DNA of 64,000 nucleotides from contig JBAZTV010000003.1 in NCBI GenBank assembly GCA_041661765.1, positions 79,914 to 143,913 of the forward strand. Reading direction: 5' to 3'. Position 1 is the first letter of the stretch. Each line of letters starts with the position of its first letter. Positions 38,742 to 48,134 of the stretch are shown here, one piece after another. A model generated the notes under the pieces. It ran no database searches. It was not told where the DNA came from and was given only the letters and a program-made list of their open reading frames with translations. This DNA is from Candidatus Shapirobacteria bacterium (lineage in GTDB: Bacteria; Patescibacteriota; Microgenomatia; UBA12405). Made by a program: the position numbers and the translations under genes.

Positions 38742-39368
38742 CTACAGGCCAAACACATTAACTACAACTCCCTGAATTATCAAAGGATCTCCACTTTGTA
38801 ATATGATTGGCTTATGTAATGAATTTGAAGACTTTGGCATTAGGGCTATATAGTCACTACCTTTCTTCAAAAATTTGACTGTGGCTTCGTCATTAATCAA
38901 TGCCACCACTTTTTGTCCATCGTCAGCTGTTTGTTGTAATTTCACTAAAATCAAATCTCCATCGTTTATATGTGCTTCATTCATCGAATCTCCAACCGCC
39001 CTAAGATAAAAATAACCCTTTTCATCACCACTAATAAATTTTTTATCTGTTGGAATATATCCTTCAATATTTTCTATCGCTAAAAGAGGTGATCCACAAG
39101 CAACATTACCAACGATTGGAATATTTACTGTAGTTTTAGATTCCTTGGTGATATTTATACCCCTTTGCTGATATTTGTCACGAATCAATAGGTTGTTGTC
39201 TTCCAATTTTATAATTGCTCTTTGAACTGAGGTTAGTGATTTATAATTAAAATGTTCCTTAATTTCCGTTAAAGTAGGAGACACTCCATTGTTCTCAATA
39301 TGCTCCTTTATAAATAAAAAAATTCTCTTGTCACTATCTTTTATTGTCATAACACTATTATAACACAA
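38742..39368 (-). CDS. lexA: LexA repressor (wHTH + S24 peptidase)
   Basis: N-terminal winged HTH. Cleavage-site region VACG. Catalytic Ser in AVGDSMN and Lys in EATVKFLKK. The true start may be the Met at 39350 (MTIKD). Confidence 0.85.
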   Translation of the reverse strand: MCYNSVMTIKDSDKRIFLFIKEHIENNGVSPTLTEIKEHFNYKSLTSVQRAIIKLEDNNLLIRDKYQQRGINITKESKTTVNIPIVGNVACGSPLLAIENIEGYIPTDKKFISGDEKGYFYLRAVGDSMNEAHINDGDLILVKLQQTADDGQKVVALINDEATVKFLKKGSDYIALMPKSSNSLHKPIILQSGDPLIIQGVVVNVFGL

Positions 39369-39402
39369 CTTGTGTAAGTTTTCTACTTACTCAACTGGTC
39401 TT

Positions 39403-39421
39403 TGTAGCTCAAAGAGCTACA
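39403..39421. promoter_or_regulatory. 19-bp palindrome TGTAGCTC-AAA-GAGCTACA upstream of lexA (candidate SOS/LexA operator)
   Basis: Perfect inverted repeat 35-55 nt upstream of the lexA start, overlapping the expected -35 region. A tgttataat extended -10 lies at the lexA 5' end. Confidence 0.4.
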
Positions 39422-39611
39422 ATTTCCACATCCCCTTTTTATAGTGTCTCATTTGTCTCATTTAGCTTCAAATCTTTGATAGAATGAGACAGTGAGGAAG
39501 TGGGTGTTATAGGGACAGAAGGGTGCCAGACCTCACTGCTCCGCATATTTACAAAAAAAAAGACAGTCATTCCCAGTTGTTAATCAACTAAAAATAACTG
39601 TCCTAAAAGAA

Positions 39612-40667
39612 CTAAGAGTGTCTCTGGAATCTGTTCCAAAATTCTACATATATTTCCGCAATTTCGGGCAAATCTGGCACATCGGCAAATATTTTTCTCC
39701 CTAAAAATGCATTTGCCATTGATTTGTAAACCATGGAAACCAAATTTATCAGTTCTTGTGGCAGCGGATCAGGTTTCGGACAAAATTGTTGCCAATCTTC
39801 TACCTCAACATTTTTTGCCTTTTCTTTGGCAATTTTTATTTCATCGTACCAGGGCGTCGTCATATAGTATTGCCGAAGTATTTCTTTACTCAACTGAATT
39901 CCTTGATAAGAAAAACGACATTCGTCCGGTGTTCCAAAAACATCAACCACAATAATTTCACCATCCGAATTAAAAGCCAACTCTATTTTTCCATCATCGT
40001 TACTTAAACCCACCTCATTTGTCATCGTCGAAACAACTTTCTCCACCTGCGACAACACTAATATCATTTCATAAATTTCTTCATTTGAAACGCCAATCAT
40101 TCCCCTCACCTGATCAAAAGTCACAAATCGATCTGTTCTTTCAAGTTTAGTCGTTATCTCAAAAAATGGCTTGGGTAAAACTTCTCCAAAAACCGGCATA
40201 TGATCCAATCTCAAATCTTTATAATTCAGCAATCCTTTTTCCAGTCTTAAAAAAACACTTGAACCCTTTGGTAATTTGTTTCTGTAAATAAATTCAAAAG
40301 GTATTAGCAAATTCTTTAAATTATCTACTTTATACTGAGAATAGTCATAAACCCCACTACTAAACTCCGGCTTTTTTACCCTAACCAAATTTACCATCAT
40401 TGTATCCGTTGAATTTTCCAAACTTTCAATAAAAACAGGTGTTCTGTTTTGACTAATTAAACCTTTGTAATGCGATTTAATTCTTGTTGTTTTTTCTAAT
40501 CTTTCAAAAGCACAAGCCGCTATTATTGCTAAAGCAGCACCTTTATTCGGAATTAAATCTGGCATCTCCCCATAATCAAAAACTGAATACCTATCTGAAA
40601 AAATAAACTCCCCAAAAACACACCCATCCTGCCCTAAATGTTCAACCAAATCCTTAACACTACCCAT
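39612..40667 (-). CDS. SAICAR synthetase-like protein (PurC family, long form)
   Basis: RYSVFDYGEMPDLIPNKGAALAIIAACAFERLEK resembles the PurC RISAFD...IPGKG...ISAFWFE core. Confidence 0.55.
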   Translation of the reverse strand: MGSVKDLVEHLGQDGCVFGEFIFSDRYSVFDYGEMPDLIPNKGAALAIIAACAFERLEKTTRIKSHYKGLISQNRTPVFIESLENSTDTMMVNLVRVKKPEFSSGVYDYSQYKVDNLKNLLIPFEFIYRNKLPKGSSVFLRLEKGLLNYKDLRLDHMPVFGEVLPKPFFEITTKLERTDRFVTFDQVRGMIGVSNEEIYEMILVLSQVEKVVSTMTNEVGLSNDDGKIELAFNSDGEIIVVDVFGTPDECRFSYQGIQLSKEILRQYYMTTPWYDEIKIAKEKAKNVEVEDWQQFCPKPDPLPQELINLVSMVYKSMANAFLGRKIFADVPDLPEIAEIYVEFWNRFQRHS

Positions 40668-40713
40668 TTACACCAACACTCCCTTCTAATTTTAAATGTC
40701 CTAATCTAATTTT

Positions 40714-41919
40714 TTGCCTTCAAAAAATCGATCGTTTCCGATTATATCAAAAACCAAAATAGGTTATAATTTCAACATGGACTACTCTCAACTCTCACTC
40801 GAAAAACACAAACTTAACAAAGGTAAAATTGCCATCACCAGTAAATTTGGCGAAGTCAAAACTAAAGATGATTTAAGTATCGCCTACACTCCCGGAGTCG
40901 CCGCCGTTTCCACCCTTTTGGCCCAACATCCCGAATTAGCCTCCGAATATTCCATCAAATCCAATACCGTCGCCGTTGTTTCCGATGGTTCAGCCGTATT
41001 AGGTTTGGGTAATATTGGTCCTTTTGGCGCTCTACCAGTTATGGAAGGCAAGGCTTTGCTTTTCAAAGAATTTGCCAATGTTGATGCTTTTCCCATTGTT
41101 TTAGAAACTCAAGACCCCGATGAAATTATTAATATCGTTAAAAATATTGCCCCCGGTTTTGGTGGAATTAATTTAGAAGATTTTGCCGCCCCTAAATGTT
41201 TTTACATTGAAAATAAATTAAAAGAAATTTTAGATATTCCCGTCATGCACGATGATCAACATGGTACCGCCATCGTCGTTTTAGCCGCCTTAATTAACGC
41301 TCTAAAACTAACTAACCAAACCACAAAAGATACTAAAATCGTCATTTGTGGCGCTGGTGCTGCCGGCACTGCCATTGCCAAATTATTAAGTCTTTATGGT
41401 TTTAAAGATTTAATTATTGTCGATTCTAAGGGTATAATTAGTCAAGATCGTCTCGATTTAAATGATGCTAAAAAAGAATTTTTAACTTTTACTAATCCTC
41501 AAAATTTAAATGGTAATTTAAGTCAAGCCATGATCGGCAGACATGTTTTTATCGGCGTTAGTGGACCAAATATCGTCACCAGAGACATGGTCAAAACCAT
41601 GGGCGAAAAACCAATTATCTTTACCATGGCCAATCCAATTCCAGAAATTGATCCCATTATCGCCAAAGATTCCGGCGCTTTTATTATCGGCACCGGCCGC
41701 AGTGATTTCCCTAATCAAATTAACAATGTTTTGGCTTTCCCTGGGGTTTTTAGAGGCGCTTTGGATAATAAAGTTAGCAAAATAACTAATCAAATGAAAT
41801 TAGCTGCCTCTCAAGCCTTAGCCGATTATGTTAAAGATTCTGAATTATCTGTCGATTTTATTTTACCCAGCCCTCTCGATAAAGGTGTCGTCAACATTAT
41901 TGCCTCAGCCATTAAATAA
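40714..41919 (+). CDS. NAD(P)-dependent malic enzyme (short form)
   Basis: Motifs YTPGVA, VVSDGSAVLGLGNIG, IFTMANPIPEI and VICGAGAAGTAIAKLL (Rossmann). Alternative start at Met 40774 (MDYSQ). Confidence 0.85.
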   Translation: MPSKNRSFPIISKTKIGYNFNMDYSQLSLEKHKLNKGKIAITSKFGEVKTKDDLSIAYTPGVAAVSTLLAQHPELASEYSIKSNTVAVVSDGSAVLGLGNIGPFGALPVMEGKALLFKEFANVDAFPIVLETQDPDEIINIVKNIAPGFGGINLEDFAAPKCFYIENKLKEILDIPVMHDDQHGTAIVVLAALINALKLTNQTTKDTKIVICGAGAAGTAIAKLLSLYGFKDLIIVDSKGIISQDRLDLNDAKKEFLTFTNPQNLNGNLSQAMIGRHVFIGVSGPNIVTRDMVKTMGEKPIIFTMANPIPEIDPIIAKDSGAFIIGTGRSDFPNQINNVLAFPGVFRGALDNKVSKITNQMKLAASQALADYVKDSELSVDFILPSPLDKGVVNIIASAIK

Positions 41920-42429
41920 CGGTTTTCGTATTTCTTTAATAAATTTCCACTCTTGATTTGAAAATCTCAATCCTAAAATATTAGCTAATTCTTTGTATCT
42001 TTGAATCGCCATTTCTGATTGTAAATCTTCCATTCCTTTAATTTCTCCAAATGACGGCATTGAAATTCTTTCAAACTCCGCTTCTGGGTGGTTTATTATT
42101 TTTTTAATTTGATCACCAAAAAAATCAACAAAGAAAAAACCAGTTGAAATTCGATATCCAGGTTTACCCTTTGATCCTTGTAATTGAACTATATTTAATT
42201 CTTCTGTTTCTGTCTTTAAACTCAACGCGACCCCTTCTCTTTCTTTATACCTCAAAATTAAACTTGAGTCTCCATCAGTAATTGTTTTCAAATCCTTTCT
42301 TTCATCACCACACAAAAAAACCAAATCGATTCTATTTTTATCTAATGTTAAAATTTTATTAGATCGCAAAAATTTTCCATAATAATCAGGCGACAAATTT
42401 ATATTTACAATTTCTTTTATTGATTCCAT
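41905..42429 (-). CDS. hypothetical protein
   Basis: 174-aa ORF; no motif recognised. Confidence 0.35.
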   Translation of the reverse strand: MESIKEIVNINLSPDYYGKFLRSNKILTLDKNRIDLVFLCGDERKDLKTITDGDSSLILRYKEREGVALSLKTETEELNIVQLQGSKGKPGYRISTGFFFVDFFGDQIKKIINHPEAEFERISMPSFGEIKGMEDLQSEMAIQRYKELANILGLRFSNQEWKFIKEIRKPLFNG

Positions 42430-42533
42430 GAAAAATCATTTTTTAATCAAGTAATTTTACCATAAAGTAATATTTTTAATCTGCCCCTTTAGTTTCATGT
42501 GTTAAAATATTATCCTTAAACAGTCAACTCTCT

Positions 42534-43148
42534 ATGAAAAATATCCTAAAAAATCTCCTCCCCAATATTAAAAAATGGTATTTTGTCCTTCCCGACAAAA
42601 AAAGACATTTCGAATTGATTACTGCTGTCCTTTCTATTCCTATGATATTGACTGTTATTATCGTCAATCTGAACACTATTAATAAAAATAAACAAACAGC
42701 GATTGAAGCGAATTCTACTACTCCTATTCAAGTTATCATCGATAATCCCGCTACCAACTCCAGTAACACTAATCCACCAAAAACCACATTAAAAACTACT
42801 TCTACACCCACTACCACTCCTACCAAAGTTGAATGTAAAAAAGATATTGGCGAAATTGAAATTTTGTCACCTCAAGAAGGTGAAATTATTAATTCCGACA
42901 ATGTTTGTATCAATATTTCCACTGATAGTAATTATTGTCCTGTCACCTGGTCCTACAAATTGGATAACAGTAATTGGTCTGATTACAATAATAACGATAT
43001 TTGTCTTTATAACTTAACTACCGGCAAAAAGGAACTTCAAATTAAAGTCAAAAGCACTGTGGTTGATAAAATCATTACTCTTGAGAGAAACTTCACATAT
43101 CAAAATTCCACCACACCAACACCAACAGTCACTCCCATCAATAATTAA
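42534..43148 (+). CDS. membrane-anchored secreted protein with Thr/Pro-rich linker
   Basis: TM segment LITAVLSIPMILTVIIV, then TTLKTTSTPTTTPTK. Confidence 0.45.
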   Translation: MKNILKNLLPNIKKWYFVLPDKKRHFELITAVLSIPMILTVIIVNLNTINKNKQTAIEANSTTPIQVIIDNPATNSSNTNPPKTTLKTTSTPTTTPTKVECKKDIGEIEILSPQEGEIINSDNVCINISTDSNYCPVTWSYKLDNSNWSDYNNNDICLYNLTTGKKELQIKVKSTVVDKIITLERNFTYQNSTTPTPTVTPINN

Positions 43149-43167
43149 TAAATTTTGATAAACTTGA

Positions 43168-43530
43168 TTGGTGTCTAAAATCCGACGAAAAGTCTTAATT
43201 ATTCTTATTATTCTCTTAATAATTTTACCTGTCTCTATTTTTTGTTTTATTGTTTTTCAAAAAAATAAAACAAACCAAATTAATGCTGACTTTACCGCTA
43301 CTATAATTACACCCCCACCAATAACCGAAATAACCTGGCAAGAAGCCGTCAATCTAATCCAAAACTGCCAAATTCAATCTGTCTTTCAAAAACAAAATTT
43401 AGAAATCACTCTAACTGACAAAAATAAACAAGTCTTTAAAACCACCGAACCAAAAAAAGGTGATGTTTTTATTCAAACTAATCATCTTCGTTCTGACTGC
43501 AACGACACAATTCAAACCATCACTGAATAA
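43168..43530 (+). CDS. small membrane-anchored hypothetical protein
   Basis: TM segment VLIILIILLIILPVSIFCFIVF. Confidence 0.4.
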   Translation: MVSKIRRKVLIILIILLIILPVSIFCFIVFQKNKTNQINADFTATIITPPPITEITWQEAVNLIQNCQIQSVFQKQNLEITLTDKNKQVFKTTEPKKGDVFIQTNHLRSDCNDTIQTITE

Positions 43531-43622
43531 AACATTTCAGTTGTATTTAAGGAAATGGTAAAATAATAACAGGTAATGACGATCACGCTAATTTTAAGTT
43601 ATAAATTAAATAGGAGATCTAA

Positions 43623-43928
43623 ATGAATATTCAGATCAAAGGTGTTAACTTAATTATTTCCCTAAAAATCCGCAAAATGATCAAGGATAAATTTGTCGAC
43701 AAACTTGATAAGCTTCTTCCTCAATTTAATAACGAACTAAAAACAGCCTGCCTTCGTATTGAAAAAGACAAGCGATATAAGGATTTTACTGTTCAATTTG
43801 ATATGACTCTTCCTGGCCAAAAAAATAGTTTTCATGCTGAAACTAAACATCACGAGTTAGAAGCCGCTATAGTCGATTTACGTGAAGCCATCGAGAGACA
43901 AATTAAAAAATATAAACACGCCGATTAA
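43623..43928 (+). CDS. hpf: ribosome hibernation promoting factor / ribosome-associated inhibitor A (S30EA family)
   Basis: MNIQIKGVNLIISLKIRKMIKDKFVDKL matches the HPF N-terminal pattern (MNIxIxGxNxExTxAxRxYxxxKxxKL). Confidence 0.7.
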   Translation: MNIQIKGVNLIISLKIRKMIKDKFVDKLDKLLPQFNNELKTACLRIEKDKRYKDFTVQFDMTLPGQKNSFHAETKHHELEAAIVDLREAIERQIKKYKHAD

Positions 43929-43945
43929 TATGATAAACTACACCC

Positions 43946-44131
43946 ATGTCTGCAACAAAATCTAAAAAAACACCACGAATTTTGATCGCCCTCGTCTGTT
44001 CAGTTTGTGGCGCTCAAAATTATTTAACTGAAAAAAATAAAACCAACACTCCTGATAAATTAAAATTTACCAAATATTGTCGTTGGTGTCGAAAGAAAAC
44101 TGAACATAAAGAGTCAGCAAAATTAAAATAA
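43946..44131 (+). CDS. rpmG: 50S ribosomal protein L33
   Basis: RILIALVCSVCGAQNYLTEKNKTNTPDKLKFTKYCRWCRKKTEHKE: the L33 CxxC...CxxC zinc ribbon and NKRNTPD-like motif. Confidence 0.85.
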   Translation: MSATKSKKTPRILIALVCSVCGAQNYLTEKNKTNTPDKLKFTKYCRWCRKKTEHKESAKLK

Positions 44132-44148
44132 AATATGAATTTATAAAA

Positions 44149-44177
44149 GGGCGGACACACATGTCCGCCCTTTTTTG
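44149..44177 (+). terminator. rho-independent terminator after rpmG
   Basis: gggcggaca-cac-a-tgtccgccc followed by TTTTTT. Confidence 0.8.
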
Positions 44178-44393
44178 TAAATGAACCATTGAATACGTCA
44201 TCTATTTCCCAACTTTAAAATTTATAATATAATTAATACATATGAGTAAATCATCAAACAAACCAATGACCGACAATCGATCTACTATTATCAAAGGTTT
44301 CGTTAAACCAGAAGTACCAAATTTCCCTGGCAATAAATCCACTTCCGGCTTTAAACCTGGATCTAGATTTCAAACCATCAATCGTGGACGTCG

Positions 44394-44732
44394 CTAATCT
44401 CCTATTTTTTCTTTAATCAATTTGTCAATCCAATACATTTTTTGGACTCCATTTTCTAGTTTAAAATAATGAAAAATATACGGTACCAACAACACTAATA
44501 ATAAAAAATCGACCAAAAATAAAAACAAAAATTGATAAATCAAACTAAACATCATCGATATCATAAATAAAATTGCCACCGTCAACGTCACCAATAAATG
44601 AATCAATCTTTCATGTTGTATAAATCTAATCATTTCCCGATGATTTTTAATCACCACTTTCCAATTTTGATTTTTATTATCTTTTATTTTTTTATCAATT
44701 TCCTTTAAATATTGGTTTAAAAAATCAGTCAT
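44394..44732 (-). CDS. small membrane protein, hypothetical
   Basis: Two TM helices (LIHLLVTLTVAILFMISMMFSLIYQFLFLFLVDFLLLVLLVPYIF). Confidence 0.4.
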   Translation of the reverse strand: MTDFLNQYLKEIDKKIKDNKNQNWKVVIKNHREMIRFIQHERLIHLLVTLTVAILFMISMMFSLIYQFLFLFLVDFLLLVLLVPYIFHYFKLENGVQKMYWIDKLIKEKIGD

Positions 44733-44734
44733 AT

Positions 44735-45403
44735 TTAAAGTTTACACTCTTTCACTTTTTTCGCCACCGTTTCCCAACTATCACACGGAATCACATTAAT
44801 ATCTTTTCTTTCTGCCTCCGTATGATCATACAAATAAATCACTCCCTTATATTTCTTGCTAAAAAATTTTGTCAAATCAGGATTATCATCAACTATCCCC
44901 ACCACTTGAGGATATAAATATTCTAAAACTTTAGCTTTCCATTTATTACCCATCTTTCGGTTAATATTTCTAGGCTTAGCGATAATTGTAGCCTTTGGAA
45001 AATTATGTTTTTTTAACCAAAAATTTGTTCCACTGATAATATCTACTGGTCTAACTGTAATATATGCCACAATTGGAACTAGTTTGTTTATTTCTTGAAT
45101 CAGTTTATTTGAATTTTTAATCAATGGTAATTCTTTTTGAATCTCGTTTGAATGAACAATTTCATTAATAATTATGTTTACTTCATCACTCTGCCAATAA
45201 GGAATTTTATCTGTGTGTCGATATTTTTTACAGATCTCCTCAACACTCAAGTTTTCTGGATTTCCAAACTTTTCTATTAATTTTTCCACCATAAAACCAA
45301 TCGTAAAAGACAAAGTTTCATCTATGTCCAACGCCAAACCTGTAACCCCTGCCAATTTCAATCTTCTTTTTAAGGCAACTATTTCCTTATTTTTAATCCT
45401 CAT
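44735..45403 (-). CDS. HAD-superfamily hydrolase, possibly a 5'(3')-(deoxy)nucleotidase
   Basis: LALDIDETL (DxDxT motif I); sits within a nucleotide-metabolism gene run (dcd, kinase, tmk, thyX). Confidence 0.4.
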   Translation of the reverse strand: MRIKNKEIVALKRRLKLAGVTGLALDIDETLSFTIGFMVEKLIEKFGNPENLSVEEICKKYRHTDKIPYWQSDEVNIIINEIVHSNEIQKELPLIKNSNKLIQEINKLVPIVAYITVRPVDIISGTNFWLKKHNFPKATIIAKPRNINRKMGNKWKAKVLEYLYPQVVGIVDDNPDLTKFFSKKYKGVIYLYDHTEAERKDINVIPCDSWETVAKKVKECKL

Positions 45404-45972
45404 TTTTTATTCAAAAAATTTTTCCACATCTGCGAAGCTTTAGGTTTTATATCTCCCAAATATTTACTATTTTTAGTTTTTTCTCCATAAGGTTTTTCAC
45501 AATCACTACTCAACTTCTCAAATGCCATTTGGGCAATCGGCATCTTATAATACAACAAAATTGGCATCGTCGCTGTATTGTGTAATTCCAATGTCATTTT
45601 TAAATTGTTCCCTGGATCTAAAAAACCAGCAGTTATATGTATCAATAATCCCATTCTCCCAACCGAACTCTTTCCCTCTAACCTCCCCACCATTCCATTA
45701 GACACCCCTGTTTTTTCATAAATCATTCCCAGCGCAAAACCTCCCGGATGTAATACAAATGGAACTTCTTCATCAATCTCAACTTCTTTCATTATATGAT
45801 CCATTGGTTTTTTAGGATCAATCACAAAATTCTTAGTCGTATCAAAAACTAAAAAATGTTTATCTAAGTGCAAATCCACTGAAGCTGGTTGTAAACTGTT
45901 TTTTTTAAAAGGAAATATGGAAATATCACCAGTTTTAAGACATTTTTTTATATCTCTGTCTGAAAGAATCAT
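45400..45972 (-). CDS. dcd: dCTP deaminase (dUTPase-fold)
   Basis: MILSDRDIKK...LQPASVDLHL...GRLEGKSSVGRMGL...DPGNNLKMTLEL: the Dcd signature arrangement. Confidence 0.85.
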   Translation of the reverse strand: MILSDRDIKKCLKTGDISIFPFKKNSLQPASVDLHLDKHFLVFDTTKNFVIDPKKPMDHIMKEVEIDEEVPFVLHPGGFALGMIYEKTGVSNGMVGRLEGKSSVGRMGLLIHITAGFLDPGNNLKMTLELHNTATMPILLYYKMPIAQMAFEKLSSDCEKPYGEKTKNSKYLGDIKPKASQMWKNFLNKK

Positions 45973-46030
45973 ATAGATTACTATATCATCTTTTATTTTT
46001 AATTTGTACCCCTTTCAACATTCTTCTTTT

Positions 46031-46630
46031 TTATTTAATTCGATTATAAATTTCCTCAATTTGTTGATTTAAAAAATTAATATCTCCATTATTCACAATT
46101 GTAAAATCAGCCATAGCAATCGGCCCACCTTTATTTAAATTTTCTAATTCAGAATAATCTCTTGATTTAGCCTCTTCTTTAGTAAAAGACCGATGTCTCA
46201 AATCTATATCATCTATACCTGATACTCTTATTGAAATTCTTTCATATCTCAATTCTGGTGGCGCCCAAACTGCAATTAAAACCATAGCTCCACTAAAATG
46301 TTCTTTTAAAACCTTATACTCCTCCCAACTATACAAACCATCAGCAATTACATTTCCATTTTTAATTAATTTATCAAATTTAGATAAATTTAAAGTCGCA
46401 TAAGCCGCCATTCCATGCCTAACCCTGAATTCCTCTCTTATTAGCTTCTCATTGGCTTCATTTGGTTCTAACCCTCTTTTTTTAACTTCATCTAAAGTTA
46501 TTTGTCCAAATCTTACAAATTGAAATTCATTTTTTACAAAAAAATCAGAAACAACACTTTTTCCTGCACCACACATTCCTGATATACAGACAATTTTATT
46601 CATTTTCACCACCCTTTTTCCATTTAACAC
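46031..46630 (-). CDS. P-loop nucleotide/nucleoside kinase (adenylate/cytidylate/dephospho-CoA kinase-like)
   Basis: Walker A ISGMCGAGKS at the N-terminus; about 200-aa kinase-sized fold. Confidence 0.5.
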   Translation of the reverse strand: MLNGKRVVKMNKIVCISGMCGAGKSVVSDFFVKNEFQFVRFGQITLDEVKKRGLEPNEANEKLIREEFRVRHGMAAYATLNLSKFDKLIKNGNVIADGLYSWEEYKVLKEHFSGAMVLIAVWAPPELRYERISIRVSGIDDIDLRHRSFTKEEAKSRDYSELENLNKGGPIAMADFTIVNNGDINFLNQQIEEIYNRIK

Positions 46631-47339
46631 TTTTTAAAATCTGCCCATACAAATCATCTTCTATCGTTATTGCCAATTCTTTTAATTCTTCAACGCTCGG
46701 ATTCTTATTTTTAAAATTAACAAAAGGAGTCTCTTCAATAATTGCAATTGGTGTTTGTTCATTGCCCTCTCCCATCACTAAAACAGCCGCCGCCGCCAGG
46801 GCATCAGCCACATTTACTTTCTCAACCTCAAACTTTTTTCCAAAAATATCCTTACTCCCGATGTAATTATTCAACGCATTAAATCCGGAATAAGACACCG
46901 ACACTCCAGTTACACCCCATCTCAACGGAGTAGTTTTACTATCCACAATAATTACCCCTAAATTTTTTATCTTGAACTTTTTTGTCAAATAACTTCTTAT
47001 TTTGTTTGCCGAATCTTGAGGATTTTTTGGCCACAAAATATAATATCCATTTCCATTTGATTCATCTATACCAGCCGAAGGAATCAAAATATTATTTTTA
47101 ATCGACAAATAAAAATTATATTTATTTTTTTTAGGTAAATAATAATCTGCTTGGTTTTTAATCAACAAATCTTTATCACTTTTCCCAATTTCAACCACGC
47201 TTCCTTCACAAATCGACACAATTTTTGATGTAATTGCCACCACAGAATTATCCTTAAGATTGGCAATACTTTTATCTAATATTTCTAATAAATTACCACC
47301 TACTACAATAGCCTTAGTTTTTATTGGTTCAACTTTCAT
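46596..47339 (-). CDS. CofE-like F420-0:gamma-glutamyl ligase family protein
   Basis: VAITSKIVSICEG...IPSAGIDESNG...GVIIVDSKTTPLRWGVTGVSV resembles the F420_ligase family. Confidence 0.6.
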   Translation of the reverse strand: MKVEPIKTKAIVVGGNLLEILDKSIANLKDNSVVAITSKIVSICEGSVVEIGKSDKDLLIKNQADYYLPKKNKYNFYLSIKNNILIPSAGIDESNGNGYYILWPKNPQDSANKIRSYLTKKFKIKNLGVIIVDSKTTPLRWGVTGVSVSYSGFNALNNYIGSKDIFGKKFEVEKVNVADALAAAAVLVMGEGNEQTPIAIIEETPFVNFKNKNPSVEELKELAITIEDDLYGQILKSVKWKKGGENE

Positions 47340-47829
47340 TTTGGTTTATTATTCTTCTAGCAATAAAAGGTTTGTAATAATAACAAAATTCATCTATTGA
47401 CCACAAAACTGTACCTTTGGAAATAAAGGAACTATGCCAAATAGTCGGTTGATTCAACCTATCTAAATACACTCCTAAATGTAAATTTAATAATCTTTCC
47501 TCTTCATTTGGAAATTTTTCACTTCTTGGTTTCAACTCATTCCCAAAACTATTTCGTAAATTATCAGCATAAACAATATCCCCTTCTTTAAGCCTAGAAA
47601 AAAAATCCCCTATATTATCTTGATTTTTTATTACATCAAATCCATTGACCATTTCTTTAGAAAGGATTAAATCTTTCCTGCCAAGATATAAATCATGATT
47701 TATATAAAAATAGTCCTGAACTGCTAAACGACAATTTCCTTCAACTATTTCTGTTTGTAAATCTTCATAAGAAACTGGACCTCTAAGATAATTATATTTA
47801 AAATTATGTAATCTTTCTAAATCACTCAT
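47329..47829 (-). CDS. hypothetical protein (possible papain-fold Cys...His enzyme)
   Basis: 166 aa; candidate Cys in GNCRLAV and His in IWHSS. Weak. Confidence 0.3.
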   Translation of the reverse strand: MSDLERLHNFKYNYLRGPVSYEDLQTEIVEGNCRLAVQDYFYINHDLYLGRKDLILSKEMVNGFDVIKNQDNIGDFFSRLKEGDIVYADNLRNSFGNELKPRSEKFPNEEERLLNLHLGVYLDRLNQPTIWHSSFISKGTVLWSIDEFCYYYKPFIARRIINQNES

Positions 47830-47896
47830 GGGGCAATTATATCAAAAGTTTTTATTACCTTCTGTAGATTCACCTTGTTATAGATTTAGTAAAGTG

Positions 47897-47968
47897 CAGG
47901 CCCATGAGGATTCGAACCTCAAATAAAGGTTTTGGAGACCTTGGTGATAACCATTTCACTATGGGCCT
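47897..47968 (-). tRNA. tRNA-Trp (anticodon CCA)
   Basis: Minus-strand acceptor aggccca/tgggcct, D-stem gtga/tcac, anticodon stem aaggt/acctt with loop ctccaaa, T-arm tgagg-ttcgaat-cctca. Confidence 0.8.
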
Positions 47969-48009
47969 AAATTTTAAAGTGGATCTATCCACAAAATTTC
48001 TAACAAGGG

Positions 48010-48082
48010 TGGACCCAAGGGGACTCGAACCCCTGACCTTCCCCATGCCATGGGGACGCGCTACCAACTACGCTATGGGCCC
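48010..48082 (-). tRNA. tRNA-Ala (anticodon GGC)
   Basis: Minus-strand acceptor gggccca/tgggtcc giving the G3:U70 Ala identity pair; anticodon stem tcccc/gggga, loop atggcat; T-loop ttcgagt. Confidence 0.8.
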
Positions 48083-48134
48083 TAAAAGGTTCTCTATTTT
48101 ATCAAAATTTCTTTTGTGTTACCATAAATCTAAT

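Noticed and set aside
44242-44397. 51-aa ORF MSKSSNKPMTDNRSTIIKGFVKPEVPNFPGNKSTSGFKPGSRFQTINRGRR after the rpmG terminator
   Set aside because: It has no RBS and no recognisable family (not L34, L36 or S21), and sits in a 260-bp gap. It may be real, but there is not enough evidence to call.
47870-48134. Track ORF 47870..48067 (-) and the first 77 codons of ORF 47904..49019 (+)
   Set aside because: They overlap tRNA-Trp and tRNA-Ala on the minus strand. galU was re-started at Met 48135, where the canonical AITAAGRGTRFLP N-terminus begins.
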